A stretch of DNA of 64,000 bases from Candidatus Acidiferrales bacterium (lineage in GTDB: Bacteria > Acidobacteriota > Terriglobia > Acidiferrales > UBA7541), in the NCBI GenBank assembly GCA_036279175.1, contig DASUJR010000321.1, positions 23,324 through 87,323 of the forward strand, given 5' to 3'. The notes below the pieces were generated by a model, which did not search any database, was not told the DNA's origin, and saw only the letters and a list, made by a program, of their open reading frames with translations. Numbering within the stretch: the first letter of the stretch is position 1; every line of letters starts with the position of its first letter. A program made the position numbers and the translations under genes. This document shows, one piece after another, positions 1 to 8,326 of this stretch.

Positions 1-894
1 GACAATATTGCCGGGCGGGCGACTCTGTATACGGCAGGCGGGAATATCACGGCGGGGAACATCGGAGGGCCGGCGCGATTGGTCAGCGAAAGCGGCGGGC
101 ATGTCTCGGTGCGGGACGTGGCGGGGAATTTGACGGCAAACACGGGCGGCGGCCACATCACGACGGGAAATATCGAGGGAAATGCGAGTCTGCATACGGC
201 AGGCGGGCACATTCACGTCGGTTCAGTGCAAGGGGTCGCGCGCCTCGAAACCGGCGGCGGCAATATCACCCTGCAGCATTCAGGTACGGAATTGATGGCC
301 GACACGACGGGCGGACAGATCGATGTTGGCGAAGCAGCCGGGCTGGTGCGGGCAATGACCGGCGGCGGAGGGATTCGCGTGGTGCGCGTATCCGGCCCGA
401 CGGATTTACAGACAACCGGTGGCAGCATTTATCTGACGCAGGTGGACAGTTCCGTGAAGGCAACGGCGCTGGCAGGAGGAATTACGGCGTGGTTTGCGTC
501 GTCGCCGAAACCGGACGGTTCGTGTGATTTGCAATCGAATGACGGCGACATCATCGTGTACCTGCCTCGGATGTTACCGGTGACGATCGATGGGCAAATT
601 CAGATGGGATACGACCATAGAGTGATCGTCGATCCGGCGTTCCCGTTGAAGGTGAGCTACGACACAACGGCGAAAGGCCAGCGGATGCTGCGAGTAAAGG
701 GAAGTTTGAACGGCGGCGGAGAGGTGATTCATTTACGCACAATCGCCGGGAATATACGGTTGGCGCTGAGCGACCAGGGGAAACAGATGCAGCTTTACAA
801 AGAGCAGATGGAACAGATGCAGAAGCAATTGCAGATGCAGTTCAAGGTGCTCGAGCAGTGGCAGATGGGGAACCAGAAACCTCCAGAACAATAG
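1..894 (+). CDS. DUF4097-like beta-helix repeat protein (5' end outside window) with Gln/Met-rich C-terminal tail
   Basis: Frame 1 stays open from nt 1 (DNIAGRATLYTAGGNITAGNIGG...) into the listed 79..894 ORF. It has ~20-residue periodic T-x-GG-x-I repeats (TGGGHITTGN, TAGGHIHVGS, TGGGNITLQH, TTGGQIDVGE, TGGGGIRVVR, TTGGSIYLTQ) and the tail QMQLYKEQMEQMQKQLQMQFKVLEQWQ. Family call is by eye only. Confidence 0.6.
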   Translation, partial: DNIAGRATLYTAGGNITAGNIGGPARLVSESGGHVSVRDVAGNLTANTGGGHITTGNIEGNASLHTAGGHIHVGSVQGVARLETGGGNITLQHSGTELMADTTGGQIDVGEAAGLVRAMTGGGGIRVVRVSGPTDLQTTGGSIYLTQVDSSVKATALAGGITAWFASSPKPDGSCDLQSNDGDIIVYLPRMLPVTIDGQIQMGYDHRVIVDPAFPLKVSYDTTAKGQRMLRVKGSLNGGGEVIHLRTIAGNIRLALSDQGKQMQLYKEQMEQMQKQLQMQFKVLEQWQMGNQKPPEQ

Positions 895-969
895 AATGTA
901 TCCGGTTGCGGCAATGCCGATAGTGATGTCCCATGGGGATGATCCAGAAACCAGCAGCGGGGGTGCCCA

Positions 970-1779
970 GTGCGAAGAGGTTCAAGCGACGGCCAATTCG
1001 GGATTCGGATCAGGAGTAAGGCCAAGGAATCGCTACGGTGGGTTTTGCTCGCAGCGACGATTGGATGTTGTGCACTGCCGGCGCTAGCGTCAAACGAACT
1101 GTTTTTAAGAACCTGCCCGCTACCGGCGGGCGGCAATTTTGCGCTTGAAAATGTGAATGGATCGGTGCGCGTGACCGGATGGTCGCGCAACGAAGTGGAA
1201 GTGCGCGCCGTAAAGAGCGCGTTCAGGGATCAGCGCGATCTCGAGCGGGTTCGCATCGAGGTGGTGAGCTTGCCCGGACGAGTTGCCGTACGGACGTTGT
1301 ACCCGGAGGGACAAGGAGTTGAGGTAGCCGTGCAATATGTAGTGCACGTACCCTATCGAGTTTTGCTGGGAGACGTCGAAACAGTGAATGGAAGCGTGGT
1401 GGTGAGTGGTGTTGAGGGGCAGGGGGATCTGAAGTCGGTGAATGGGAATGTGGAAGTGCTCGACAGTTCGGGCCGGTTCAGCGCAAGAACGACAAATGGC
1501 GATTTGCGGCTGGAACTGCGACGGCTTCTGGACGGCGGGCCGATGAATGTGCAGACGGTGAACGGCTCCGTATTTCTCGGTTTGCCGCCGAACGCGCGGG
1601 CCGATTTGCACGTCACGAGTATGAATGGGAATTTCGTTTCCGAATTGCCGGTGGTTTCTACCAATGGGGCGCCAGCCTCTGGAATGTTTCGCGCGAGACT
1701 CGGAGGAGGCGGTGGAGAAATTTCGGTACGCACTATAAACGGGGGCATTCGCCTGATTCGCGAACGGCCGATCGTGTGA
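970..1779 (+). CDS. DUF4097 family repeat protein, probably exported
   Basis: Hydrophobic signal-like segment WVLLAATIGCCALPALASN. Repeated x-NG-x-hydrophobic strands (VNGSVRVTGW, VNGSVVVSGV, VNGNVEVLDS, TNGDLRLELR, VNGSVFLGLP, MNGNFVSELP, INGGIRLIRE) are typical of DUF4097/YvlB-like proteins. The GTG start at 970 is uncertain. Confidence 0.65.
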   Translation: MRRGSSDGQFGIRIRSKAKESLRWVLLAATIGCCALPALASNELFLRTCPLPAGGNFALENVNGSVRVTGWSRNEVEVRAVKSAFRDQRDLERVRIEVVSLPGRVAVRTLYPEGQGVEVAVQYVVHVPYRVLLGDVETVNGSVVVSGVEGQGDLKSVNGNVEVLDSSGRFSARTTNGDLRLELRRLLDGGPMNVQTVNGSVFLGLPPNARADLHVTSMNGNFVSELPVVSTNGAPASGMFRARLGGGGGEISVRTINGGIRLIRERPIV

Positions 1780-1821
1780 GTTTTAACGGGGCGAATCCTT
1801 TCGAAAGTGAGGACGGCAAGT

Positions 1822-2991
1822 ATGAAATTCGTCGGTGCAAGAAACGTGGCGGCGCTTTCGGCGGCCTTGCTCGGTTTTGGCGCGATTTCAAGCGCTCTGC
1901 CGGGCCAAGAGCCGGCCAAAGCCGCAAATTCATTCAGTGCAACGACATCGGGCTCGATGGACCAGAAATGCGGAAATATCGGAATTGATCGGGAACAAAT
2001 TAAGCAGCTGCTCCGTAATAGCCAATTGGAGGGGAAACTCGCCAGCTTGTCAGAGCGACTGGCGAAGGAGGAGGCGATGAGTTCGCCGGAACTCGCGAAA
2101 TTGCAAAACCTCTCGGCCCAGCTCGAAGAGAAAAACGGACAGATGGAAGCGCGGGCAGGCGAGATGGCAGACCGGGCGCGGGAAATCGCCTCTGAAGTCA
2201 GCGACCGCCTTCAGCAAGGCGGTGCCGTCCTGTTTTCGCAGGATAACGACGCGGGCTGGCTGGGAGTGGAAATCGATGAAGTGACGCCCGATCGCGCCAA
2301 GGAACTGAAGCTGCCGGCCGTACGCGGCGTTGTCGTTCAACAAGTCGAGGCAAACAGCCCGGCGGCCAAAGCCGGCCTCAAGCAAAATGATGTGATTCTG
2401 CAGTACGACGGTCACGGCGTAGAGGGAACCGTTCAGTTCCGACGTTTGGTACGAGAAACGCCTCCGGGGCGAGCGGTGAACGTGGAGGTCTCACGGAACG
2501 GCGCGACGCAAACGCTTTCGGTGCAGATTACGGATCGCAACGCATACTACGAAAAGAGAATGCGCGGTGCGATGCCTGAGTTCGGCAAGTCATTTTCATT
2601 TCAGGTGCCGAATTTCGAGATGAATATGCCGGGGGCCAGAACCTTCATGTGGATGAGTGGCGGGCCGGCGCTGGGAATCGAGGCTGAGGATCTGTCGGGA
2701 CAGCTTGGAGCATATTTCGGAGCGCCGAACAATACTGGCGTGTTGGTGCGCTCAGTGAACGCGGACAGCCCGGGGGCAAGGGCGGGACTGAAAGCGGGCG
2801 ATGTAATCGTGAAACTGGACGGGGCGTCGGTGAAGTCCGTCTCCGGATTACGCGACGACTTGCGCGAGAAGCGCGACCAGAAGAGCATCACGCTGGGGGT
2901 GTTGCGCAGAGGCTCGGAAGTAAATTTGACGGTTCAGCTGGAGCATCCGAATCAAGAGAATCAACGGCCCTTCCAAACTGCGGTTCTGTAA
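1822..2991 (+). CDS. exported coiled-coil protein with two PDZ domains (no protease domain)
   Basis: ATG at 1822 is preceded by GAGGA (1809-1813). Signal-like MKFVGARNVAALSAALLGFGAISSALPG. Coiled-coil stretch LSERLAKEEAMSSPELAKLQNLSAQLEEKNGQMEARAGEMADRAREIA. Two PDZ-like modules (GVVVQQVEANSPAAKAGLKQNDVILQYDG and GVLVRSVNADSPGARAGLKAGDVIVKLDG). Confidence 0.7.
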   Translation: MKFVGARNVAALSAALLGFGAISSALPGQEPAKAANSFSATTSGSMDQKCGNIGIDREQIKQLLRNSQLEGKLASLSERLAKEEAMSSPELAKLQNLSAQLEEKNGQMEARAGEMADRAREIASEVSDRLQQGGAVLFSQDNDAGWLGVEIDEVTPDRAKELKLPAVRGVVVQQVEANSPAAKAGLKQNDVILQYDGHGVEGTVQFRRLVRETPPGRAVNVEVSRNGATQTLSVQITDRNAYYEKRMRGAMPEFGKSFSFQVPNFEMNMPGARTFMWMSGGPALGIEAEDLSGQLGAYFGAPNNTGVLVRSVNADSPGARAGLKAGDVIVKLDGASVKSVSGLRDDLREKRDQKSITLGVLRRGSEVNLTVQLEHPNQENQRPFQTAVL

Positions 2992-3061
2992 AGGCGGCGC
3001 GAGCGGATTTCGCATGCGGATGCCCGCTCGCCTTCCCCATTTCCACCTCACTGCTTCGGAA

Positions 3062-3832
3062 TTACTGCCGGAGAATTTCAGCGTTGGCGCCGGGAACCGA
3101 AATCGCCATCAGGCGCGAGCCATCCAGATATAGGTCGACCTCGTTATCTTGCGTCGTGACGCGAAGCTCTTCGAATTTTTTCCCGTTAAATTCTTGCCGC
3201 CCCATTGATTCGACAGTCGCGCTGCCAGGCGTCAACTCCTGCGGAACGAGAACGGGAAAAGTTTGCGCACCTTTTTTGTTCCAGTCATAAAGATCGGCTA
3301 GGACCACAAACTGATCGTACAGATTGTTGTCGAGAACGGCGATCTGGGGTGAGGAAAATGTGAACTGCTGCGTAAAGGGCCGCGCCTTCGCGGGATTAGA
3401 TCCTGAGGGAGTGACGGAGAGTTCGATCGTGGCGGTGGTTCCCGCGAAATCAACTTTAGCCGACGCCTTCTTTGAGCCTTCCGTTAACCATTCGTAGTGC
3501 ACGGGGGTTCCGTCTTGGCGAAGCGTTAACGCACCGCTAATACGGGTTAGCGTTTTCCCTGCGTGGATTTCGGTGTTGCCATGAACTGTCCAGTTCGCTC
3601 CGTCGGGGGCAACTTCGAAGTCTTCCTTCCCGACTTGATCGCCGTTCACGAGAATGCGAAATGTTCCTTTGTCGGGCGTGAGAGCCGGCGCATTTGCAAA
3701 ACGGGCGGGAGCGGCTTCGGGCGTGGCGGCTGGTCGTGCCGCTACTACGGACGCGGGGAACAGAGCGACCGCCGCGATGGCGAAAAGGACTGATGGCGTC
3801 AAGGCGCGTCCGAGATTCTTATGATTTCTCAT
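3062..3832 (-). CDS. secreted hypothetical protein, translationally coupled to aroK
   Basis: 256-aa ORF with signal peptide MRNHKNLGRALTPSVLFAIAAVALFPASVVAARPA. Its ATG overlaps the aroK stop as ATGA (3829-3832). No family recognised. Confidence 0.6.
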   Translation of the reverse strand: MRNHKNLGRALTPSVLFAIAAVALFPASVVAARPAATPEAAPARFANAPALTPDKGTFRILVNGDQVGKEDFEVAPDGANWTVHGNTEIHAGKTLTRISGALTLRQDGTPVHYEWLTEGSKKASAKVDFAGTTATIELSVTPSGSNPAKARPFTQQFTFSSPQIAVLDNNLYDQFVVLADLYDWNKKGAQTFPVLVPQELTPGSATVESMGRQEFNGKKFEELRVTTQDNEVDLYLDGSRLMAISVPGANAEILRQ

Positions 3833-4374
3833 GCGGTCACCTTTGGAAAAATTCCCAGTGCGAGAATCTGCTCGATCACGCTGATGGGCTCAGCACTGCT
3901 GTCGACACGGTAATCGGAAAGTTGATAGAACGGCAGGCGCTGGCGATACAGCTCGCGGAAGCTGGCTTCATCGCGGAAGAGCGGGCGGTTCGTGATCTGA
4001 GCGCAGCGGGCGAGGAGCTTCTCGATCGGGCACTCGAGCCAGATCAGCAGTGAGCCGTTCTCGCGCAGCGCGGCGAGATTTTGCGGTTGAGCGGTGGTGC
4101 CGCCACCCAGTGAAATAACGCGCGAGCGACGTGATTCGAGTGTTTCGCCGATTACCCGGAGGAGTTGGTCATGCTCGATCCGGCGGAATTCCGGCTCGCC
4201 TTGGCGCGCAAAAATTTGTGGAATCTCCAAGCCGACAGCCTCTTCAATAGAGGTGTCGAGATCGACGTGGGGCCAGCCGAGTTGGCGCGCGAGGAGACGT
4301 CCAGCGGTGGATTTCCCGCTGCCCATGAAACCAGTCAGGCAGAGCAATTTGGCGGGCCCGTGATCGATTGCCAT
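3829..4374 (-). CDS. aroK: shikimate kinase
   Basis: Walker A GFMGSGKSTAGRLLARQLGW, ~180 aa, and LGGG motif (ISLGGGT) typical of shikimate kinase I. Confidence 0.85.
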   Translation of the reverse strand: MAIDHGPAKLLCLTGFMGSGKSTAGRLLARQLGWPHVDLDTSIEEAVGLEIPQIFARQGEPEFRRIEHDQLLRVIGETLESRRSRVISLGGGTTAQPQNLAALRENGSLLIWLECPIEKLLARCAQITNRPLFRDEASFRELYRQRLPFYQLSDYRVDSSAEPISVIEQILALGIFPKVTA

Positions 4375-4430
4375 TGAAGGACGAAAGCCAGAACACCCGT
4401 GCCGCGAAGTTGAATCAGAACGGCTGGTAT

Positions 4431-5303
4431 TCAGCGCTTTACGATGTTGATTGTACCATCGAAGGAAGACAGCTCGACGTGCGCGCGGCCAGCGGTGTTA
4501 AGCGTGCCGACGAGCGCCTCAGCTGCGCGAGGAGCCGAATCCAGCGAGTGATTCTCGCGGCTCAACTTGGCCTCGTTGTTCACTTTGCCCTTGAGCGAGG
4601 TCGCTGTGAGATCGAAGGAGTCGGCGGGCGAGTAGCGCAGATCGATCACCCCGCTGTAATTCTTCAGGTTGTATTGTCCGTCCGGCAGAAATTGGCCTGC
4701 GAAAACGATATTGCCGGTAATCGTGCTCGCCTGGATTTGCGTGCTCCGCGTATCAACAAAGCTGAGATTCCCGCTGATGGCGTGCGCTTCTATACGACCG
4801 GCGCATCTGAGACATGAGAATGAGCCTGCGGCGGTCCTCACCGTCAGATAGCCGGCTACGTCCTGGAGATCGATGCCGGCGGCAATGGTCTCAATGTTCA
4901 TGTCGCCCAACACGTACGCCACGCTGACGGTGCCCTGGTCATTGTGAATCTGAAGCTCGGAATTTTCGGGAACGTCGATTTGATAGTCAGCATGAACGTC
5001 GGCGGGAGATACGTCGTTCGCCAGCAGGCGGGTGCCAATGTCCACGCGATCGCCGTTCTGGACGGCCCCAAGATCAACACGGTCGCTGGGGATCTCTGCA
5101 ATAACCAACACTTCCGATTTTGTCCAGGCTTTGACGGTGACTGTACCATTGGGGCTGTGAATCGCGACGACTGGATGGCCATCGACTTTGAATTGCTTTT
5201 CGATGCGGCGAGCGGAAGCTGGCAATGCGGTGAACGCGAGAGCGGGAAAGAGAAGGAATGAGGCTTTCCACTTCCGCTGGGGGACAGCCATCCATATACG
5301 CAT
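4431..5303 (-). CDS. secreted DUF4097 family protein, last gene of the ECF sigma operon
   Basis: Signal peptide KASFLLFPALAFTALPASA. Repeated beta-strand units (NGTVTVKAW, QGTVSVAYV, ISGNLSFVDT, ITGNIVFAGQ, FDGTINIVKR). Starts 4 nt after the anti-sigma stop. Confidence 0.65.
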   Translation of the reverse strand: MRIWMAVPQRKWKASFLLFPALAFTALPASARRIEKQFKVDGHPVVAIHSPNGTVTVKAWTKSEVLVIAEIPSDRVDLGAVQNGDRVDIGTRLLANDVSPADVHADYQIDVPENSELQIHNDQGTVSVAYVLGDMNIETIAAGIDLQDVAGYLTVRTAAGSFSCLRCAGRIEAHAISGNLSFVDTRSTQIQASTITGNIVFAGQFLPDGQYNLKNYSGVIDLRYSPADSFDLTATSLKGKVNNEAKLSRENHSLDSAPRAAEALVGTLNTAGRAHVELSSFDGTINIVKR

Positions 5304-5307
5304 GGGC

Positions 5308-6447
5308 CTACTCTCCCTGTTCGTTCATCTGAGCCAGCAAATCGGCTTTCTGCTGATAGGCATCGTACAGGAAATCCCGCGCCATCTCGCTTTGCGGGTT
5401 TTCGCGGACGCTCTTTTCACACAAAGCGATGTAGTTGTCAACAATGGCGAGGTTCTTGTGCAGTGCAGCCTGTACTAAGGGGGCCGAGCGAAGCGACGCG
5501 ACAGTCGCGTGCTCGACCGTATCCAGCTGAGCGGTCAAGGACGCGGTTGAATTTTGCGTTCCCCGCATCCAGCGGTAATCGTTGATTCTGTGCGTCACGG
5601 GGCCGCGTGCTAATAGCCCTGCGACCACCAGCACGGCGACAAAAGCTCCTGCCATTGCCGGCCGCGGGAGAGCAAACCAACCACGCCACGGTTTGGCCGA
5701 GGCCACAACAACAGGGGAGCGAGGCTGTCGAATGAAGCCTTCGCTTTCGAGTTGGACGCGAATCGAATTCCAAAGATGAGCCGGGGGTTCGGAATCGTGC
5801 TCGGCCATTGCACGGGCCGCGGCAGTAATGGCGACAAAGTCGTCGGCCACGCTGCGGCAATCCGGACAGCTCGACGCGTGAGATTGAAATTCTGCCGGTC
5901 TCAAGCCTTCCAGATTGGAATCCAACTGAGCGATAAACAGATCGCATTCTGGAGCAACCACGCGAGGGTGCTGAATCGTGCCCTCATTCTCCAGCTGAGC
6001 ACGAATGGAATTCCAAAGGTAGGCCGGGGGCTCGGCGGTGTCCTTGGCCATGCTGTGGGCCGCCGTCACAATCGTGTCAAAGTCTGTCGCCACGCTGCGG
6101 CAAGCCGGGCAGGTCGCCGCGTGGGACCGAAGTTCTGCCGGTCTTACTCCTTCGAGCCACGAATCGAGTCGATCGATGAATGCCTCGCATTCAGGGAGAG
6201 CCGGGCGAGCCTGACGGATAATGCCTTCATTGTCGAGTTGCTCGCGGACCGAATTCCAAAGATAGGCGGGCGGTTCGGGATCAGTCTCAGCAGTCGCACG
6301 GGCGGCAGAGGCAATGGCGGTAAGTTCTTCTGTCAACCTTCGACAAGCGCCGCACTGCGACACGTGAACACGGGCGTCCAGCGGCCACTCGCCTTCCGTC
6401 CACGAGCTAAGCCGATCCAGAAACGCCTTGCATTCCATTGTCGCCAT
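5308..6447 (-). CDS. membrane anti-sigma factor with three tandem zf-HC2 (ZAS) modules
   Basis: Three 81-aa repeats (aa 6-86, 87-167, 168-248). Each begins with Cys and contains H-x3-C-x2-C (HVSQCGAC, HAATCPAC, HASSCPDC) plus the conserved EPPAYLWNSIR..L..EG. They are followed by one TM segment (AMAGAFVAVLVVAGLLA) and a ~110-aa C-terminal helical domain. Starts 2 nt after the sigma factor stop. Confidence 0.8.
   Translation of the reverse strand: MATMECKAFLDRLSSWTEGEWPLDARVHVSQCGACRRLTEELTAIASAARATAETDPEPPAYLWNSVREQLDNEGIIRQARPALPECEAFIDRLDSWLEGVRPAELRSHAATCPACRSVATDFDTIVTAAHSMAKDTAEPPAYLWNSIRAQLENEGTIQHPRVVAPECDLFIAQLDSNLEGLRPAEFQSHASSCPDCRSVADDFVAITAAARAMAEHDSEPPAHLWNSIRVQLESEGFIRQPRSPVVVASAKPWRGWFALPRPAMAGAFVAVLVVAGLLARGPVTHRINDYRWMRGTQNSTASLTAQLDTVEHATVASLRSAPLVQAALHKNLAIVDNYIALCEKSVRENPQSEMARDFLYDAYQQKADLLAQMNEQGE
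5704..6432 (-). repeat. three tandem 243-bp coding repeats (6190-6432, 5947-6189, 5704-5946), one ZAS module each
   Basis: Repeat boundaries were verified on the DNA: Cys codons TGC at 6187-6189 and 5944-5946 on the minus strand. Modules 2 and 3 are roughly 60% identical in protein by eye, so the duplication is old. Confidence 0.8.
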
Positions 6448-6449
6448 CT

Positions 6450-7169
6450 TCAGTCCTCGCCTGCCGAACCGCCTGCGGCGCGCCGCTCTTCCCGAGCCTT
6501 TTCGCGCAGGACTTCATGAAGCAGCTCGCGTAACCGCATTCGAGCCTTGTGGAGCTGCGATTTCGAATTGCCAATCGAACAACCCATGATGGTTGCGATC
6601 TCGTTGTGCTCGTATCCCTGCATATCGTGCAGGACGAACACTGCCTTGTATCCGGGCGGCAACTGCTCGACGGCACGTTGCAGATTCAGCCGGTCGATCG
6701 AACCCGTGAGCGTCAGATCGGGCGCTCCAAAATCCCGACGCGGGCCGCCCGCTTCCTCATCCGGCTCGGTGACTTCTTCCAGCGAAGTCTCGGTACCGGA
6801 CTTCTTGCGCAGCTTCATCAAGACTACATTTACTGCCAGACGATGAAGCCAAGTAGAGAAGGCCGATTCCCCGCGGAAGGTTGCGATCTTGCGAAAGAGC
6901 TGAAGGAAGGCTTCCTGCGTTAAATCTTCAGCCTCAGCAGTGTTCCCCACCATCCGCAAACAGAGCGAATAGACGCGCCGACTGTGCAAACGATAGAGGC
7001 GTTCGAACGCCGCTGCATCGCCTTGCTGCGCCTGCCGAATCGCGTCTGCTTCCGGCAGTTCACTGGTTTCCGTTCGCCTTAGTCGGGCCACGCTACCCGT
7101 CAAGACGCATCCGTAAGTCCGATGCGCCCGCCTTTCTGGAAGTTGTCCTTGGCATGCTCTTCTAAACAC
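6450..7169 (-). CDS. ECF-type RNA polymerase sigma factor (sigma-70 family, regions 2 and 4)
   Basis: Region 2: [61 protein letters not shown]. Region 4 HTH: [40 protein letters not shown]. The listed 239-aa ORF is probably 20-35 codons too long at the N-terminus (in-frame TTG/GTG near 7100). Confidence 0.85.
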   Translation of the reverse strand: MFRRACQGQLPERRAHRTYGCVLTGSVARLRRTETSELPEADAIRQAQQGDAAAFERLYRLHSRRVYSLCLRMVGNTAEAEDLTQEAFLQLFRKIATFRGESAFSTWLHRLAVNVVLMKLRKKSGTETSLEEVTEPDEEAGGPRRDFGAPDLTLTGSIDRLNLQRAVEQLPPGYKAVFVLHDMQGYEHNEIATIMGCSIGNSKSQLHKARMRLRELLHEVLREKAREERRAAGGSAGED

Positions 7170-7413
7170 CCCGGCCCCACGCTGGTTGCGCCGAGCCGAG
7201 AATCAGCAGGGTGCGTTTGGCTATTCTCGCAGAAGGTGGGCTACAGAGTCGAGGCACGCCATGCAAGACCCGGGTAGGATCGCCGCGGAACCTGGTACCC
7301 AAAGAATGCATCGGACCCGCGACGGTTCGGAGAGCTGCTGCCGGGCTCCACGGCAACTTTGGGCGCCGTCTGAACGCATGGGCCTAGTTCAAGATTTCCA
7401 GGCACCGCGAAGG

Positions 7414-8124
7414 TCAGCCGGATGCAGCGCGAGAGAAAACGGCCGCCAAACGACCGACGCGTTTGGGCGAAAATGGCGCTTCCATTTCGGCAGCGAAGAA
7501 TTCGAGATGATCGAACGGTATGACGCGAAGGAATGACTTGAGCACCACCTCGGATTCAGACAAGCAAGTCTTGAAATCGTAGTGCAGGCAATCTAGAACC
7601 TTCCAGCAATCCGGCCGGACCGAAATTCCGCTCGAAAGTTCGTTCACAGTGGCGGCGAATTGGGACTCGATTTGAGCGACCGTGTCCGCCAGGATACGGA
7701 CCTTGTGAACGAACCGGGGGCGCTCTCCAAATAGCACGTGATGAAGAATTCCGTTCCAGGAAGCTGCGCTCTTGCCCACTTCGCTGCGAAAGAAGTCGAC
7801 GCGCATCGGCTCGATGGACGGCATACTATCCAAGCGTCGACCGCGACGGATCAAAGCTTCGCAGCAGTCAACGATTGTGCTGGAAAGACCGTGCAGAAGG
7901 TCCACGGCAACGCCAACCTGTTGGTGGGCGCAGACAAGCTGGCCGCGCGTGCGCAGTGTGATCGCATCGCTGAAAGCCACGGTAAGCATGGCGTAGGAAC
8001 ATTCCCAGCGATGCACAACCGCATCGAAAATACGGCTCTTATCGCGAGGCAGCGCGCGAATCCAGTCGTCGCGAACCCCGAGCCGCTGGGGCAAATTACC
8101 GCTGTTTCGCCTAGACATCGGCAC
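7414..8124 (-). CDS. hypothetical cytoplasmic protein
   Basis: 236-aa ORF that fills the gap between the sigma operon and the peptidase gene. No signal peptide, no recognisable motif. Confidence 0.5.
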   Translation of the reverse strand: MPMSRRNSGNLPQRLGVRDDWIRALPRDKSRIFDAVVHRWECSYAMLTVAFSDAITLRTRGQLVCAHQQVGVAVDLLHGLSSTIVDCCEALIRRGRRLDSMPSIEPMRVDFFRSEVGKSAASWNGILHHVLFGERPRFVHKVRILADTVAQIESQFAATVNELSSGISVRPDCWKVLDCLHYDFKTCLSESEVVLKSFLRVIPFDHLEFFAAEMEAPFSPKRVGRLAAVFSRAASG

Positions 8125-8326
8125 TACCCCTGAGGGACGAACCGGGATTATACCACCCGTATGCCAAAGTCAAGTTTAACTGATGTTCCTGAAACGGTCA
8201 GTTTCAAAAACGAAGTAGGGCCGTATGGCAAGCACGTCAGGACTATAATGGTTGGCTTTAGCAGGCTTTTCCGGTTGCGAAGGCGCGGCACATTGATATT
8301 GCCGCTGTGAACATACTGGAGGATAT

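Noticed and set aside
3001-3029. Hairpin between the convergent PDZ gene and the secreted-protein gene as a bidirectional terminator
   Set aside because: On re-reading, only a 6-bp stem (GAGCGG/CCGCTC) with a 17-nt loop is present, with no flanking T/A tract. Too weak to annotate.
5752-6519. 255-aa plus-strand ORF opposite the anti-sigma gene that also looks internally repetitive
   Set aside because: Its repetitiveness merely mirrors the three 243-bp ZAS repeats on the other strand. The composition is Arg/Gly-rich with no motifs, and the minus-strand reading gives clean zinc-finger motifs and operon spacing.
7373-7399. ECF-type promoter-like GGAAAT-17-CGTT on the minus strand upstream of the sigma factor gene
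   Set aside because: The match is degenerate. It lies about 200 nt upstream of the annotated sigma start, directly after the stop of the preceding ORF, and several equally weak alternatives exist (for example CGAACC...). This is not enough to call without TSS data or a motif from orthologs.
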